A stretch of DNA of 64,000 bases. Origin: a virus. The stretch is taken from IMG/VR virus record IMGVR_UViG_3300033978_000437; one strand, 5' to 3'. The number at the start of each line of letters is the position of its first letter. The first letter of the stretch is position 1. The notes under the pieces were generated by a model. The model had not been told where the DNA came from, did not search any database, and saw only the letters and a list, made by a program, of their open reading frames with translations. Positions 16,157 to 25,821 of this stretch are shown piece after piece. The translations under genes were made by a program, and so were the position numbers.

Positions 16157-16434
16157 TGGGGTTTCACTTTGATATTAATGGGAGAATAATCAATTTCAAC
16201 TTCCACGCCATCAGCCCCTGCAGTAAGAGAAGACATAGTAGTTCTTATGTTAAGGGGGCCGACCGCCATACTTACCTTAGCCGGAGGATTAAAAGTCATC
16301 ACCCCTTGTTTGATCTTAATGTCTTGCACTTCTGAAAAATCTAAACGTTTACCTTCGTGTTCCACTACACCTCGTTGCAGCAAACTGCGTAACAAGTCAT
16401 AAGCAAATGAAGGAATTTTGACTGGATAGTTCAT
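16153..16434 (-). CDS. Hypothetical protein (93 aa)
   Basis: Coupled to neighbours by 4-nt overlap; beta-rich; no recognisable motif. Confidence 0.6.
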   Translation of the reverse strand: MNYPVKIPSFAYDLLRSLLQRGVVEHEGKRLDFSEVQDIKIKQGVMTFNPPAKVSMAVGPLNIRTTMSSLTAGADGVEVEIDYSPINIKVKPQ

Positions 16435-16475
16435 ATGTTTCCATTAGAACCTAACTGGTTCTTTAGAGTTTAACT

Positions 16476-16874
16476 TCATTTACTTGGGGTACCAGTAGAT
16501 TGACGGACTGTGCTGCCTCTACGAAATAGCCCACGAGAAGTAGTCGAAGAAAAAGAAGGTTCGACTTCTACCGCTTCTCTAACTTCAATTAACTTAGGTG
16601 AGGTAGGAGCTACAATAGCAGGTTCTCCTACCAACCGATTTACATTTGCATCGATCTTTTGTAATATCATTTTCTGCTCGGTTAGCAGCTCTAACTGAGT
16701 CTTTTGATTGCTAAGGATAGCTTCATTTAAATCTTTATCAAAGCTAGCTTGTACGCTTGCGGGTAGCTCCGTAGATGTAGAAGCAGAGCTAATAGGTCGA
16801 AGAACTATAAAACTTATAAAGCAGATCAACCCAAATGCAAACGCATTAAGAATAACTGTTAATAGATTTTTCAT
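16476..16874 (-). CDS. Membrane-anchored coiled-coil protein (spanin-like candidate)
   Basis: N-terminal TM segment LLTVILNAFAFGLICFISFIVL followed by a heptad-rich helix (LNEAILSNQKTQLELLTEQKMILQKIDANV). Confidence 0.4.
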   Translation of the reverse strand: MKNLLTVILNAFAFGLICFISFIVLRPISSASTSTELPASVQASFDKDLNEAILSNQKTQLELLTEQKMILQKIDANVNRLVGEPAIVAPTSPKLIEVREAVEVEPSFSSTTSRGLFRRGSTVRQSTGTPSK

Positions 16875-17692
16875 TCTGGTTTTAACCTCATTTTGTAGTA
16901 AGGAGAATTATTATACCAATCAACTGGAACAGCTTCCTTGTTGCCCATCAACCCAATTGCAGCCGTATCTGAATACTCTATCATCTGTTTCCAAGCCTTG
17001 GGTGTAATCAAATAACCGCCATCTGCCCATGAGTTGGCAGCTCTAAGATTACCATCTTTGTCATAGCCTAAAACACACATTGCATGCCCACCGCCACTGC
17101 GTCGTGGTTGATAACTCCGCACAATTCGATCATCAGGTATATATCCATCGTAATAAGCAATACCAAAGTTAATTGCACCTCCGCCACCAATAAAATCTAA
17201 TACCTTGTCATGATCATCTGGAACTTCCCATAAAGACAGTGCCTTGTAAGGAAGTGCAGCTTCATAGTTGGCAGCGCTTAAAATAGCTTCTCGATCTGCC
17301 CTTCTAGGATAACCACTAGGATAACCAGTAAGAGATTCAGGACAACAGCCATATTCAAGACCAACTTGGCATCCTCCGGAGATAGTAGAGCCATCATCGG
17401 AGCCAAGAAGTCCATCTAATTTCTGAGAAGAAAGATAAGCAAAAATCTCAGATAGCTGTACAGTTTCACCTCGTACCAAGGCTAATCGTTCTAGCACTGA
17501 GCTAAGTGAATGACCTTGGCAACTTCCAATTTGTCCTTGGTCTTCGTTGCGATGCCACTTAATGTCTACTTCTGCGGGGCGGGCAAATGCTTTCCATAAA
17601 GGGGTAGACATGGGAACTCGAGAAAGACTACGAATAAAGCTGTAATCTTCTTTTTCTTTTTTCCAATTACCTGACATTTTTGTTTCACTCAT
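16871..17692 (-). CDS. Papain-family (C1A-like) cysteine peptidase
   Basis: Catalytic motifs DQGQIGSCQGHS (oxyanion Gln, Cys), GGGHAMCVLGY (His) and ANSW (Asn). Confidence 0.9.
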   Translation of the reverse strand: MSETKMSGNWKKEKEDYSFIRSLSRVPMSTPLWKAFARPAEVDIKWHRNEDQGQIGSCQGHSLSSVLERLALVRGETVQLSEIFAYLSSQKLDGLLGSDDGSTISGGCQVGLEYGCCPESLTGYPSGYPRRADREAILSAANYEAALPYKALSLWEVPDDHDKVLDFIGGGGAINFGIAYYDGYIPDDRIVRSYQPRRSGGGHAMCVLGYDKDGNLRAANSWADGGYLITPKAWKQMIEYSDTAAIGLMGNKEAVPVDWYNNSPYYKMRLKPE

Positions 17693-18045
17693 TTTGCATA
17701 GCTCCTTAATAGTTTTTCATGTGCCTTGGCAGACCATCCGCCTTGTTTGACAAAATAATCTTGTTCGCTTTTTGCTAGCTCTTTAAAGGCAGCTTTGCGG
17801 GCAGGTTCTTGTCCTGCTGCAATAAAATCCCAAGCTTCTTGTTCTGTCTTAATATCGCCAGAAGCCAGCTTGTCCGCTGCAGCTTGAGCATGGGCCCGCC
17901 ATAGCTGCTCATAGGTCGCAAATACTTGCTTAGGAGAGGCAACGGGGGTACTTGGAACAAATGCAGTTGAATCGCATTGAAAAGGCCCAATCAATAAGAA
18001 TAGCCCAAAAGCACCACTCAGCAGTCCTAGATAACGCAAAGACAT
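17689..18045 (-). CDS. Small exported or membrane-anchored helical protein
   Basis: Hydrophobic N-terminus LGLLSGAFGLFLLIGPFQC; helical remainder. Confidence 0.5.
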   Translation of the reverse strand: MSLRYLGLLSGAFGLFLLIGPFQCDSTAFVPSTPVASPKQVFATYEQLWRAHAQAAADKLASGDIKTEQEAWDFIAAGQEPARKAAFKELAKSEQDYFVKQGGWSAKAHEKLLRSYAK

Positions 18046-18060
18046 AGTAAGTCTCCTAAG

Positions 18061-18456
18061 TTAATTTTTTACTTCTTCAGGTTTAACGACATTAGGGGTA
18101 CAGTCATTGCGTCTAGCTAGTTTAGCTTCCGTAATGGCTACTTGTGCTTCTGTCATCTCGGCTTTCGCATACTCCCACCAAATGGAAGGATTAGCATTAG
18201 GTGAAGTCGCTTCAATAATTTTAAGAAACTCCCCAATACCTGCAGGTGCAGGGGCATCGCTATTGCGAGTTTTAGGAGCGGGGGTAGGTGCGGGAGGAAG
18301 AATGTTTGGAATATCAGAAACAAAGCGAGAGGTTAGCTCTTTAATCCAAGGAATTGCAAAAAAAACTATTCCAATAGCTAGCAGCACAATGGTTAAAATA
18401 GGTTTAACCCAAGGAATTAACCCTGCCAAATCTATTACAATTTCACCTATAATCAC
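18061..18456 (-). CDS. Single-TM membrane protein with Pro-rich linker
   Basis: KPILTIVLLAIGIVFFAIPWI, then PPAPTPAP. Confidence 0.55.
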   Translation of the reverse strand: MIIGEIVIDLAGLIPWVKPILTIVLLAIGIVFFAIPWIKELTSRFVSDIPNILPPAPTPAPKTRNSDAPAPAGIGEFLKIIEATSPNANPSIWWEYAKAEMTEAQVAITEAKLARRNDCTPNVVKPEEVKN

Positions 18457-18468
18457 AGGACACCTCCT

Positions 18469-19371
18469 TTAAACACAAGTGACAACTAATTTCTGCCCTT
18501 TGTGCAACTCTACGGCTAATGTATTTTTTGTTTCTTTCTTAACCCCTACTGCATTTTCATTTTTCCCATATAGTTTTTGAATGCGCTTAATATCATCATT
18601 ATCTTGGGGACCGCTTACAAAAGGGTTATAGTAGGGGGCCATCAGTGCCCCAGCATTCTTTGAGTGGTCTAACCCAAGAAGATGCCCAAATTCATGGCAA
18701 GCAACATTTAACATCATAACTCCACGATCCGTAGGCTGAGAAATCCAAGTTTCATCCAGATCGAACCGCATTGTTAGTTGTTGGTCATTCCCTTTTGGCA
18801 TATAAGCCCAAGCTAGCGTACCACCTCTCCCATCAAAATTATGCTGTATTCCCTTACCTGTAGCAATCGCAATGTCTGCTTTCTTTGCGTCTTTGATTCG
18901 GGTAATGTTTAAACCGCACACATCGTCCCAAGCTTTAAAGGCTGCAGCTAGTATTTTATCTTGCGTTGGCTTGCCTAGCCCTGTGACATACTGTTGAACA
19001 GCAAAAGTAAGCCCATTCTTATTCCATCGATTACGCTGCTTCTCCGCAACATCTTGAGCTTCCATAAACTGGATATGTTGTTTATTTTTAGGATCAAGCT
19101 TATCAGGGCAGCCACAACGAGGAGTTTCCATGGCTCGTAAAGTTTTAGGCCCAATAACCCCATCTACTTTCAAATTAAACATGCGTTGAAATGTTTTGAC
19201 TGCTGCTTCGAGCTTGGCATAGTCCATGTTCTGAAGCAAATCAATGGCGACATAACCAAAGAAAGTTAGGTAGTCCATCGCAAAGTGCATTGCTTGTGGA
19301 GAGTTTTTATCACTTCCATTTTTCTTAAATAAACGGATAGCTTCTACCCGCCCTTTTTGCTCTAGTGACAT
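18469..19371 (-). CDS. Matrixin/MMP-like (M10A) zinc metalloprotease with pro-domain and cysteine switch
   Basis: Pro-domain YLTFFGY...AVKTFQRMFNLKVDGVIGPKTLRAM; PRCGCPD; RWNKNGLTF; FDGRGGTLAWAY; FDLDETW; HEFGHLLGLDHS; Met-turn ALMAPY; DDIKRIQKLYG. SD GGAG upstream. Confidence 0.93.
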   Translation of the reverse strand: MSLEQKGRVEAIRLFKKNGSDKNSPQAMHFAMDYLTFFGYVAIDLLQNMDYAKLEAAVKTFQRMFNLKVDGVIGPKTLRAMETPRCGCPDKLDPKNKQHIQFMEAQDVAEKQRNRWNKNGLTFAVQQYVTGLGKPTQDKILAAAFKAWDDVCGLNITRIKDAKKADIAIATGKGIQHNFDGRGGTLAWAYMPKGNDQQLTMRFDLDETWISQPTDRGVMMLNVACHEFGHLLGLDHSKNAGALMAPYYNPFVSGPQDNDDIKRIQKLYGKNENAVGVKKETKNTLAVELHKGQKLVVTCV

Positions 19372-19385
19372 ATGTCAACTCCTAT

Positions 19386-21047
19386 TTATTTTGCCGTATA
19401 AATGGTCGAAACAATATTAACTGATACCTTAGAAATTTCTGTAAAAAACTGTACAGTTTTAGCCGTAACCATTTTAGCCGGTTGGTCTGGTATTATCAAC
19501 GAATCTGAATCTCTTAGATACTGCATTGTCCCATCTGGATTGCGTATGCGTCCAAACAAGTCTAAGCCAGTTACACTTAAACTATTTTGTAAAAATCCGT
19601 GTACTGCTTCAATAATTCGGGAACCGTCTAACCTACCTATAAAATCGGTGCTGTTCACTACATCCACAACAGCTGCCTTGATCGCTGCAATCGAAGGAGC
19701 AGTATCACCCGCTGTTTTATTAATGGTTAAAGTAACTTCAACAAAACAAGGAATAGGGGCTTTAACTAATGCGTCTGCAGCATAACTTCGCACATCCCGA
19801 CTTCCAATCAGTTCTTGAATTTGTCGGATAAAAGGTGTTCCCGTAACATCACAAAAATATTGAGCTGTTTGTCCTATTGTAAGTGTAGTAACAGAAGTGG
19901 AGGTATCTACAAAGCGTATAACTGTAGCTTGGAATGCCGAATAAGCACCTTCAGCTACCGTTGCGATATCTGGTAAAAAACCCGCTGCGGTTAAATCGTT
20001 AGAGCGGGTATCACTAATAGGTTCAAATCCGGAATTTAAACCTGCATCTATTACATTTTTTATTTTTGTAACTTCATAAAATCCAGGTACATCGTCCTTA
20101 CCTATTGAAAATTGCCAAGTGCTACTAGTTGCTGCAATTTCAACGCATACTGCTGTAACTAATAAGCGGGTACGCTGTAAAGGCAATTGACCTCGAATAT
20201 ACCAGTCTACCCTTCCACCATAACTAATGGGGAACACTGTATGCCTATCCCGTAGCATTTCTGCATCGCCATACCCAATGATAGATTGGTTAGTAACTGA
20301 ATCAAATGCGGGTATTGATCGTAGAAAAGATCGCATATTAGTGCGGTTAGATAAAGTTTTTGCAGCAATACCTAATTGAAGTTCTTGCAGCAATTCTGTA
20401 TTAGTTTCCGCCCCTGTGCCATCTAAGAAATTAGAAGTAACATAGCTAGTCACATAATTTGTAATAGATCGGGTAGGTACAATCGAATCACCAGCGTTTA
20501 ACTTGTAAGTAGCCCCAATGCTCTCTGCTTCCACCTCTATGGTAAATGCCCAATTACCATTGCTTAAAAGCTGTAATAATCGGTCAGTGTCTAAAGATAC
20601 TTGTGTGGTTACTGGCCGAGATGTAAATGTTTTGGTAGCAAAATATCGTTTACCATTAGACTCGAATGAAAAGTTAATTGGGATATTAATGGAGCGTGCT
20701 TGGTTCAACTCAATAGTAATGGACCCAATTGCTTTAGTTCCAATTTTACGAGTTATACCCCAGTTAGATAGCACTTCGTCTACTACGGTATCGTCCGCTA
20801 ATGTAGGGTCTATCTGAATCTGCTGTAAGCTTCTTGCAGATTGATAACGGCGTAAACTAGCACGGATTGAAGCCTCTAGCACGGCATGGTAATAGGCAAC
20901 AGTATCCTTAAATACCCCTCGCTTTAGATCCAGACTAGGATTTAATTCCTGCAGCTGAGTCGCAAGCCGGTCTAACAGCTGTTGCACATCTGCTGAATTT
21001 AATGAAGTTAGGCTGGACAAGTCTGCACTAGAAAAACTTAATGCCAT
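19386..21047 (-). CDS. Baseplate J-like wedge protein
   Basis: RGVFKD, DEVLSNWGITRKIGTKAIGSITI and DGTGAETNTELL patterns typical of Baseplate_J. Confidence 0.8.
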   Translation of the reverse strand: MALSFSSADLSSLTSLNSADVQQLLDRLATQLQELNPSLDLKRGVFKDTVAYYHAVLEASIRASLRRYQSARSLQQIQIDPTLADDTVVDEVLSNWGITRKIGTKAIGSITIELNQARSINIPINFSFESNGKRYFATKTFTSRPVTTQVSLDTDRLLQLLSNGNWAFTIEVEAESIGATYKLNAGDSIVPTRSITNYVTSYVTSNFLDGTGAETNTELLQELQLGIAAKTLSNRTNMRSFLRSIPAFDSVTNQSIIGYGDAEMLRDRHTVFPISYGGRVDWYIRGQLPLQRTRLLVTAVCVEIAATSSTWQFSIGKDDVPGFYEVTKIKNVIDAGLNSGFEPISDTRSNDLTAAGFLPDIATVAEGAYSAFQATVIRFVDTSTSVTTLTIGQTAQYFCDVTGTPFIRQIQELIGSRDVRSYAADALVKAPIPCFVEVTLTINKTAGDTAPSIAAIKAAVVDVVNSTDFIGRLDGSRIIEAVHGFLQNSLSVTGLDLFGRIRNPDGTMQYLRDSDSLIIPDQPAKMVTAKTVQFFTEISKVSVNIVSTIYTAK

Positions 21048-21057
21048 CTTATTATCC

Positions 21058-21546
21058 TCAGTTAGCTATAACACGAAGCGGGTAAATAACAGTACGAGAT
21101 TCTTCTGCCATGCTTTGTACTTGTATAGATAGCGTGGCAAAGTCACCAAGCAACGATGCAGCGAGTAGCGTAGCTTGTTTGTAGCATTCATCCGCAGGTT
21201 CATTTAGTTTATCTTCTTCCATTTTCAGAGTATTGCGTAATTCCAACTCAGCTGCATTAAAAACCGCAAACAATGACTGTGAAGTGTTGACCATGCCTGC
21301 CCGAATCTTAGTTATAAAAAATGTACCACGTTGTAGATCGTAGTGTAGTGAGCCCCGCTCAGTTAATAACTCTAGTAAAAACCTTTGAACTAGCTTTTCA
21401 ATCCCAGTAATTAAAGCCCCTGCCTGCCCTGGGAGCACTAGAGCTTGGGTTAATTGAGTATCCCCACTAGCCTTCATGTCTTCAAATGCTAAAAAATCAA
21501 CAGTGCGCCCCTCATACTGAGCCAGAGTTCCTGATAATTGTGTCAT
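21058..21546 (-). CDS. gp25/GPW-like baseplate wedge (sheath initiator)
   Basis: GIEKLVQRFLLELLTERGS motif; immediately precedes baseplate J. Confidence 0.7.
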   Translation of the reverse strand: MTQLSGTLAQYEGRTVDFLAFEDMKASGDTQLTQALVLPGQAGALITGIEKLVQRFLLELLTERGSLHYDLQRGTFFITKIRAGMVNTSQSLFAVFNAAELELRNTLKMEEDKLNEPADECYKQATLLAASLLGDFATLSIQVQSMAEESRTVIYPLRVIAN

Positions 21547-22301
21547 ACGCCCTCCCCTTCAGCTGATGCCCCTTGTTTTAATAGTAGTATAAAATAGTCT
21601 AAAGCTTGCCCTAAGAAAACACCGGTCGGCTGGCTGTGCCCCTTTTCCCTACTTGCAACATGGGCTAGCGTGCGAGGAAAGGTGTGTGTGGCACGGGATC
21701 GGTAAGCTCTTTCTGCCTGCGCCATATAATCGATTTGTAAAGGTAAAAGAATACCATCTGAAGAATTTCCAGGGTCACTTACATTATAAGTAGACATCAA
21801 TCTTTCTTCTGCTATCTGCGTTTCAAATGCAGCATGAATTGCGATTAAATCTGCTTCAGTCTGCAAGCTGCCCTCCCAAGTAACTTCTGCTGCTGCTACT
21901 GGTACTTTGTCAATCCCACGCTGATTCCAGTCTGCCGCAAGTTCTGCGTCTACTGGCACCATAAGTAGAGGAGACTCATTAGCAACAAAGCGATCTCCTT
22001 GGCTGTTTAAAGGTATATCAACACTAACAATACGCCCCTCTGCGTCAGTTGTAACATTTGCAACACATCTTTCGCCTGATTCTTTACTGGTTATAAAAAC
22101 TTGAAATGTTGTAGAAGGTGGACCATGCCCTACTATATCTTTTAAATTGTCAAAGTTTACTTTGACCAACCGCCCAACTACAGGACGAAACCATCCTACA
22201 GCCTTATTTTCCGTTCGGGCTGCAGCTGATTCTTTTTTTAAGGCAGCAAACTTCTTTAAAGTTCTTTCAACATTAGCATCAATAAGACCTTTTTGTGCCA
22301 T
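21543..22301 (-). CDS. Hypothetical protein in the baseplate module
   Basis: 252 aa ORF with SD; coupled to the gp25-like gene by 4-nt overlap. Confidence 0.6.
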   Translation of the reverse strand: MAQKGLIDANVERTLKKFAALKKESAAARTENKAVGWFRPVVGRLVKVNFDNLKDIVGHGPPSTTFQVFITSKESGERCVANVTTDAEGRIVSVDIPLNSQGDRFVANESPLLMVPVDAELAADWNQRGIDKVPVAAAEVTWEGSLQTEADLIAIHAAFETQIAEERLMSTYNVSDPGNSSDGILLPLQIDYMAQAERAYRSRATHTFPRTLAHVASREKGHSQPTGVFLGQALDYFILLLKQGASAEGEGV

Positions 22302-22304
22302 GAT

Positions 22305-23042
22305 TTACCTCGGAATAAAAGGAGACAATTTTTGTTCTTGATCCAGCAATTGCTGTATCTTAGTTTTACGCTGGGTAATAGCACCTGGGCTGCGATTAAG
22401 CTTGGCAGCAATTTCTTGATTTGATAGTTTTTTATTTCCACGCATTCCCAATGTCAGTTCCATGATGCGCTGGTCTAAAGGACTTAGCCCTTGATAAACT
22501 ACTTCACCCCATAGGTCTGCACTAGCTTGCTGGTTAGGAACTACACTTGGAGCACCTCCCGCTAATGGGTCAATTGCATCTAATCTTCCTGTGTTAACTC
22601 CGGGCTGATAGCTACGAATCTTTGCAAGACGGGGCATAGCTATCCCCAGCTTGTCTGATAGTTCTGCGTCAGTAGGATCTCGCCCAAGCTCGTCTGACAG
22701 CTCTTGTGTAGATCCGTGTAACCTTTGATTCTCTAGCAAGATGCGTTCAGGTACGCTTATTACTTGATGCTGCTGCTGGTTAATCCTACGAAGCCCTTGC
22801 ATCTGGGTTAACAAGTGCGACTGAAGGCGGGACCGCTTTGGATCGTACTTACGCACTGCGTCCAATGCTAACAGCTTGGCACGGCTAGACGTTAATGGAC
22901 TATCTGCACCATACATCTTGACCCCCTTTTGTACTATTGGATCAAGTGCTTTTAGTAAGGCAGCGTTGCCTTCTGGTGTTTGATTCTGCTGCCAGCTTTG
23001 AAATGCTGGTTTATATTCGTCTTCTAAATAATCGTCCATCAT
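22305..23042 (-). CDS. Sigma-70-family sigma factor (regions 2-4)
   Basis: AVRKYDPKR-SRLQSHL (region 2); ISVP...ELSDELGRDPTDAELSDKLGI (region 3); LSPLDQRIMELTLG...LSNQEIAAKLNRSPGAITQRK (region 4 HTH). Confidence 0.88.
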   Translation of the reverse strand: MMDDYLEDEYKPAFQSWQQNQTPEGNAALLKALDPIVQKGVKMYGADSPLTSSRAKLLALDAVRKYDPKRSRLQSHLLTQMQGLRRINQQQHQVISVPERILLENQRLHGSTQELSDELGRDPTDAELSDKLGIAMPRLAKIRSYQPGVNTGRLDAIDPLAGGAPSVVPNQQASADLWGEVVYQGLSPLDQRIMELTLGMRGNKKLSNQEIAAKLNRSPGAITQRKTKIQQLLDQEQKLSPFIPR

Positions 23043-23058
23043 GGCTAATTTCTCCTTG

Positions 23059-25029
23059 TTAAACTATTACAGTTTGTCCCGCTTCTCCAGGGTCGCTTAT
23101 AGGAAGTGGAAAGCCACCTCCTGTTTCCGCAGGGAGTGGAAAACCCCCACCGGTAATGGGTTCACCAGCTAAAGCTGGGTTATAAGGAGGAGCAGCCATT
23201 GATGGTCCAGCTCCAAGGTCTTCGATGCCTCCGGCTAGATCGTCTCCTGCGCTTGTCTCGTCTTCTTCCCCAGCAACTACCATGTCATTTGGAACCCCAA
23301 CTACAGCTACAGATTTTTTAGCTTTGGTAAGTGCAGGTACTAGCGGGGCATATTTGAAATAGTTTTCCATAAAGAATGGGTGTTCTATCATTGAAAACCT
23401 TTGTGATTCATTTTCTTTTGCTGTGCGTAGATTAGTTACCTCAAAAGCGGTAGTGGCCGAAGCTTGCTCCGCATTAATGGAAATATGCACCTTGGCTACG
23501 AATCCGTATAGATCTGTGGCTAGCGTGTCTACTCCTTCCGATAAATAGGTATCACCTCTAGCTTGAATCATCACAGTAGTGCCAGGAGCAATGTCAAATC
23601 GCAGCTTGCCAACTACCGTCCCTTCTCGCCCCGCCAGTGCATTGACGGCATACATCATTCGTGCGTATTGTTGCATCACGTTATTCCACTCAACCACTTC
23701 TGTGCCCGGCTCTCGTTTTATTGCGGGTTTATCCGCACCAGTGGCATCGTGGGAGGGTTGATTAAGTGTTTTGTTTATATCTGCATCTCCGGTTGCAGCT
23801 TCGGGATCAAAATTTGCCCAGTCGTCTATCCAAGCAGGGGCATTAACAAACAACCACATGCCATCGTTAAAGGGGTCACCCTCTTGGCTTTTAGCTACAA
23901 AAATAGCTCCTGCACAAAGCTTTGCATCTTCAGCCTTATTGATGGTCCCCATTTGATAATTACCAAGCACACCTACCCCGTACAGCGGGCGTTGGGATTG
24001 GGTAGTTAAATCAAAATCTACATATTCTTCTGCTTTAATTATTATTTGTGCATCGCTAGCCATAGTAAGAATAGGGGCTACAATCGCCCCCGAGGCCCAA
24101 GGAACAATACCGCAACCAAAGTTAGGTAAAATTGAACCAATTAGCATACCCCACATACTATTGCTAGCAAGTGATGCAGCAACTTGGTTTCCAATGAATG
24201 TAGCTGCTTTTTCATACCCATTACTTTGTATTTTAAGTGGATAATCTTTAACATACTTATCTACATCAGTGCCTTTCGCTAAATTAGAAATACCTTGCCA
24301 TTTACCTCCGTTACCATTTATTACCGCTGCCGCTCTTCCATTTGTTTCTGTGTTATTAATTGGAGCACCTGCAGGATTATTACCGCACCAAAACTCATGA
24401 TTGTGACTTTGAACTTGATTTTTCTGTGAAACCTCATCTAAAACTTTAAGCACACCTTTGCTAAAATCAGTTTGCATACCGACTGGTAAGTCCTCTGTAA
24501 ATTTTTCAGCGGCTGTCCCCGCAGCTCCTGCGCCCTCTGCATAAACAGACAACATTAAATCGTTAGGGGCTCCTGGCACCACATCTTTACTACCACCAGA
24601 AGAAAGAGCCAAATCTATTAATTGACCTACTAAATTTAAAACTAAACTGATCCTACCGGAAGAACGGCGATAGCTCATGCCTGCAACATACCCAATAAAT
24701 ATCGTGGCATCGTTTACAACTGGAAAAGATTCTTTAGCCCCATTATTTCCTTGAGGAGACCAGTCTCCTAATTCACCTCGAACAAATACCCGAACTGGAG
24801 CCATCTGCTTAATGACATTTACTTGCGAGTAGATAGGAGATTGCACACCTGTCCGAGCATTACGCCCTAGTGCTACGAGTGCAGTAGCTCTTGGAATATC
24901 GTTTAAGCCATAGCTCATACTAAATTGTGACATTGGAATTTCTGTTTCAGCTACATACAGAATTACTTCTGCTCCGCCTACTTTTGCAGACAAATCCACC
25001 ATTGCCCAGTTATTTGATTTATCTGCCAT
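23059..25029 (-). CDS. Baseplate hub (gp27/gp44-like) protein
   Basis: N-terminal SQFSMSYGLNDIPRATALV and C-terminal GKLRFDIAPGTTVMI...YGFVAKVHISI; acidic tail with TGGGFPLP x2. Confidence 0.6.
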   Translation of the reverse strand: MADKSNNWAMVDLSAKVGGAEVILYVAETEIPMSQFSMSYGLNDIPRATALVALGRNARTGVQSPIYSQVNVIKQMAPVRVFVRGELGDWSPQGNNGAKESFPVVNDATIFIGYVAGMSYRRSSGRISLVLNLVGQLIDLALSSGGSKDVVPGAPNDLMLSVYAEGAGAAGTAAEKFTEDLPVGMQTDFSKGVLKVLDEVSQKNQVQSHNHEFWCGNNPAGAPINNTETNGRAAAVINGNGGKWQGISNLAKGTDVDKYVKDYPLKIQSNGYEKAATFIGNQVAASLASNSMWGMLIGSILPNFGCGIVPWASGAIVAPILTMASDAQIIIKAEEYVDFDLTTQSQRPLYGVGVLGNYQMGTINKAEDAKLCAGAIFVAKSQEGDPFNDGMWLFVNAPAWIDDWANFDPEAATGDADINKTLNQPSHDATGADKPAIKREPGTEVVEWNNVMQQYARMMYAVNALAGREGTVVGKLRFDIAPGTTVMIQARGDTYLSEGVDTLATDLYGFVAKVHISINAEQASATTAFEVTNLRTAKENESQRFSMIEHPFFMENYFKYAPLVPALTKAKKSVAVVGVPNDMVVAGEEDETSAGDDLAGGIEDLGAGPSMAAPPYNPALAGEPITGGGFPLPAETGGGFPLPISDPGEAGQTVIV

Positions 25030-25810
25030 TATAAATTTCTTCCGTGCGGTAAATCATTGCAAGTACGATGCCACCTAATCGATAAGCAAACTCAGGATGT
25101 TTTTCCCAACAATTTCTAAAAGTGGCATAAGGCTCAGCAGAGGATGTTCCAAATAGCTGGAGTAAGTAAGGTTCTCCTATGCTATGTAATCCCTTTTCAA
25201 TTTCCGATAAGCTATTTTGTGGCCTAAGATATCCCTGTATCCGCCATGACACCGCTTCATCTGTTGTGTTGACACAAAATTTATAACCAGATAAAGGCAG
25301 TGCAAAATACGGGCTAAGGCCATCAGTTAAATCTAATAGATGTTGTACATCTATCAAAGGAAAGGTAAGGCGTTTTATCTGAATGTTTGGGTTAACTATA
25401 TTGATTTGGTAATCAAAGGTAGCTTTTCCCGAAGCATCGGGTTTAATTGGGGTGCCTGCTATTGTAAGGGTCTGTGCGGAAGTCCCACCTTGTCGAATAA
25501 CTTTAGGTAAAAATGTATTCTGCAAACTAAGTCTATTAATATTTAAGTCATAAGTAATGCGGGAGTCTAACGCAAGGATATGCGATTGCAACTCCGTAGC
25601 CTCAACCAATTGCAGTAACTGCCAAGACCGGTAATTTAACATAGCTCGATCAGGATCTGCACCGAAGAAACGAGATCGAAACACATCTAGGTAAGTAGGA
25701 AGTTCTAACTTTTGATAACCACCTGGGATTAATTCTTCACCAGGGCACTCAGGGAAATAACCTGGACCTCCATCTAAATTCAAAAGCAGTGTGCGTGCGT
25801 GATTAAACAT
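25019..25810 (-). CDS. Hypothetical baseplate-region protein
   Basis: 263 aa ORF between the tube-like protein and the hub. Confidence 0.55.
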   Translation of the reverse strand: MFNHARTLLLNLDGGPGYFPECPGEELIPGGYQKLELPTYLDVFRSRFFGADPDRAMLNYRSWQLLQLVEATELQSHILALDSRITYDLNINRLSLQNTFLPKVIRQGGTSAQTLTIAGTPIKPDASGKATFDYQINIVNPNIQIKRLTFPLIDVQHLLDLTDGLSPYFALPLSGYKFCVNTTDEAVSWRIQGYLRPQNSLSEIEKGLHSIGEPYLLQLFGTSSAEPYATFRNCWEKHPEFAYRLGGIVLAMIYRTEEIYNGR

Positions 25811-25821
25811 GATTAACCTTA

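Noticed and set aside
18469-19371. Calling the MMP an endolysin because of its peptidoglycan-binding-like N-terminus
   Set aside because: That fold is also the normal MMP pro-domain and here ends in the cysteine switch, so it is not evidence of peptidoglycan binding.
15824-19371. Assigning a specific host phylum from the protease cassette
   Set aside because: Only vague resemblance to proteins of PVC-group bacteria; the sequence alone cannot support a host call.
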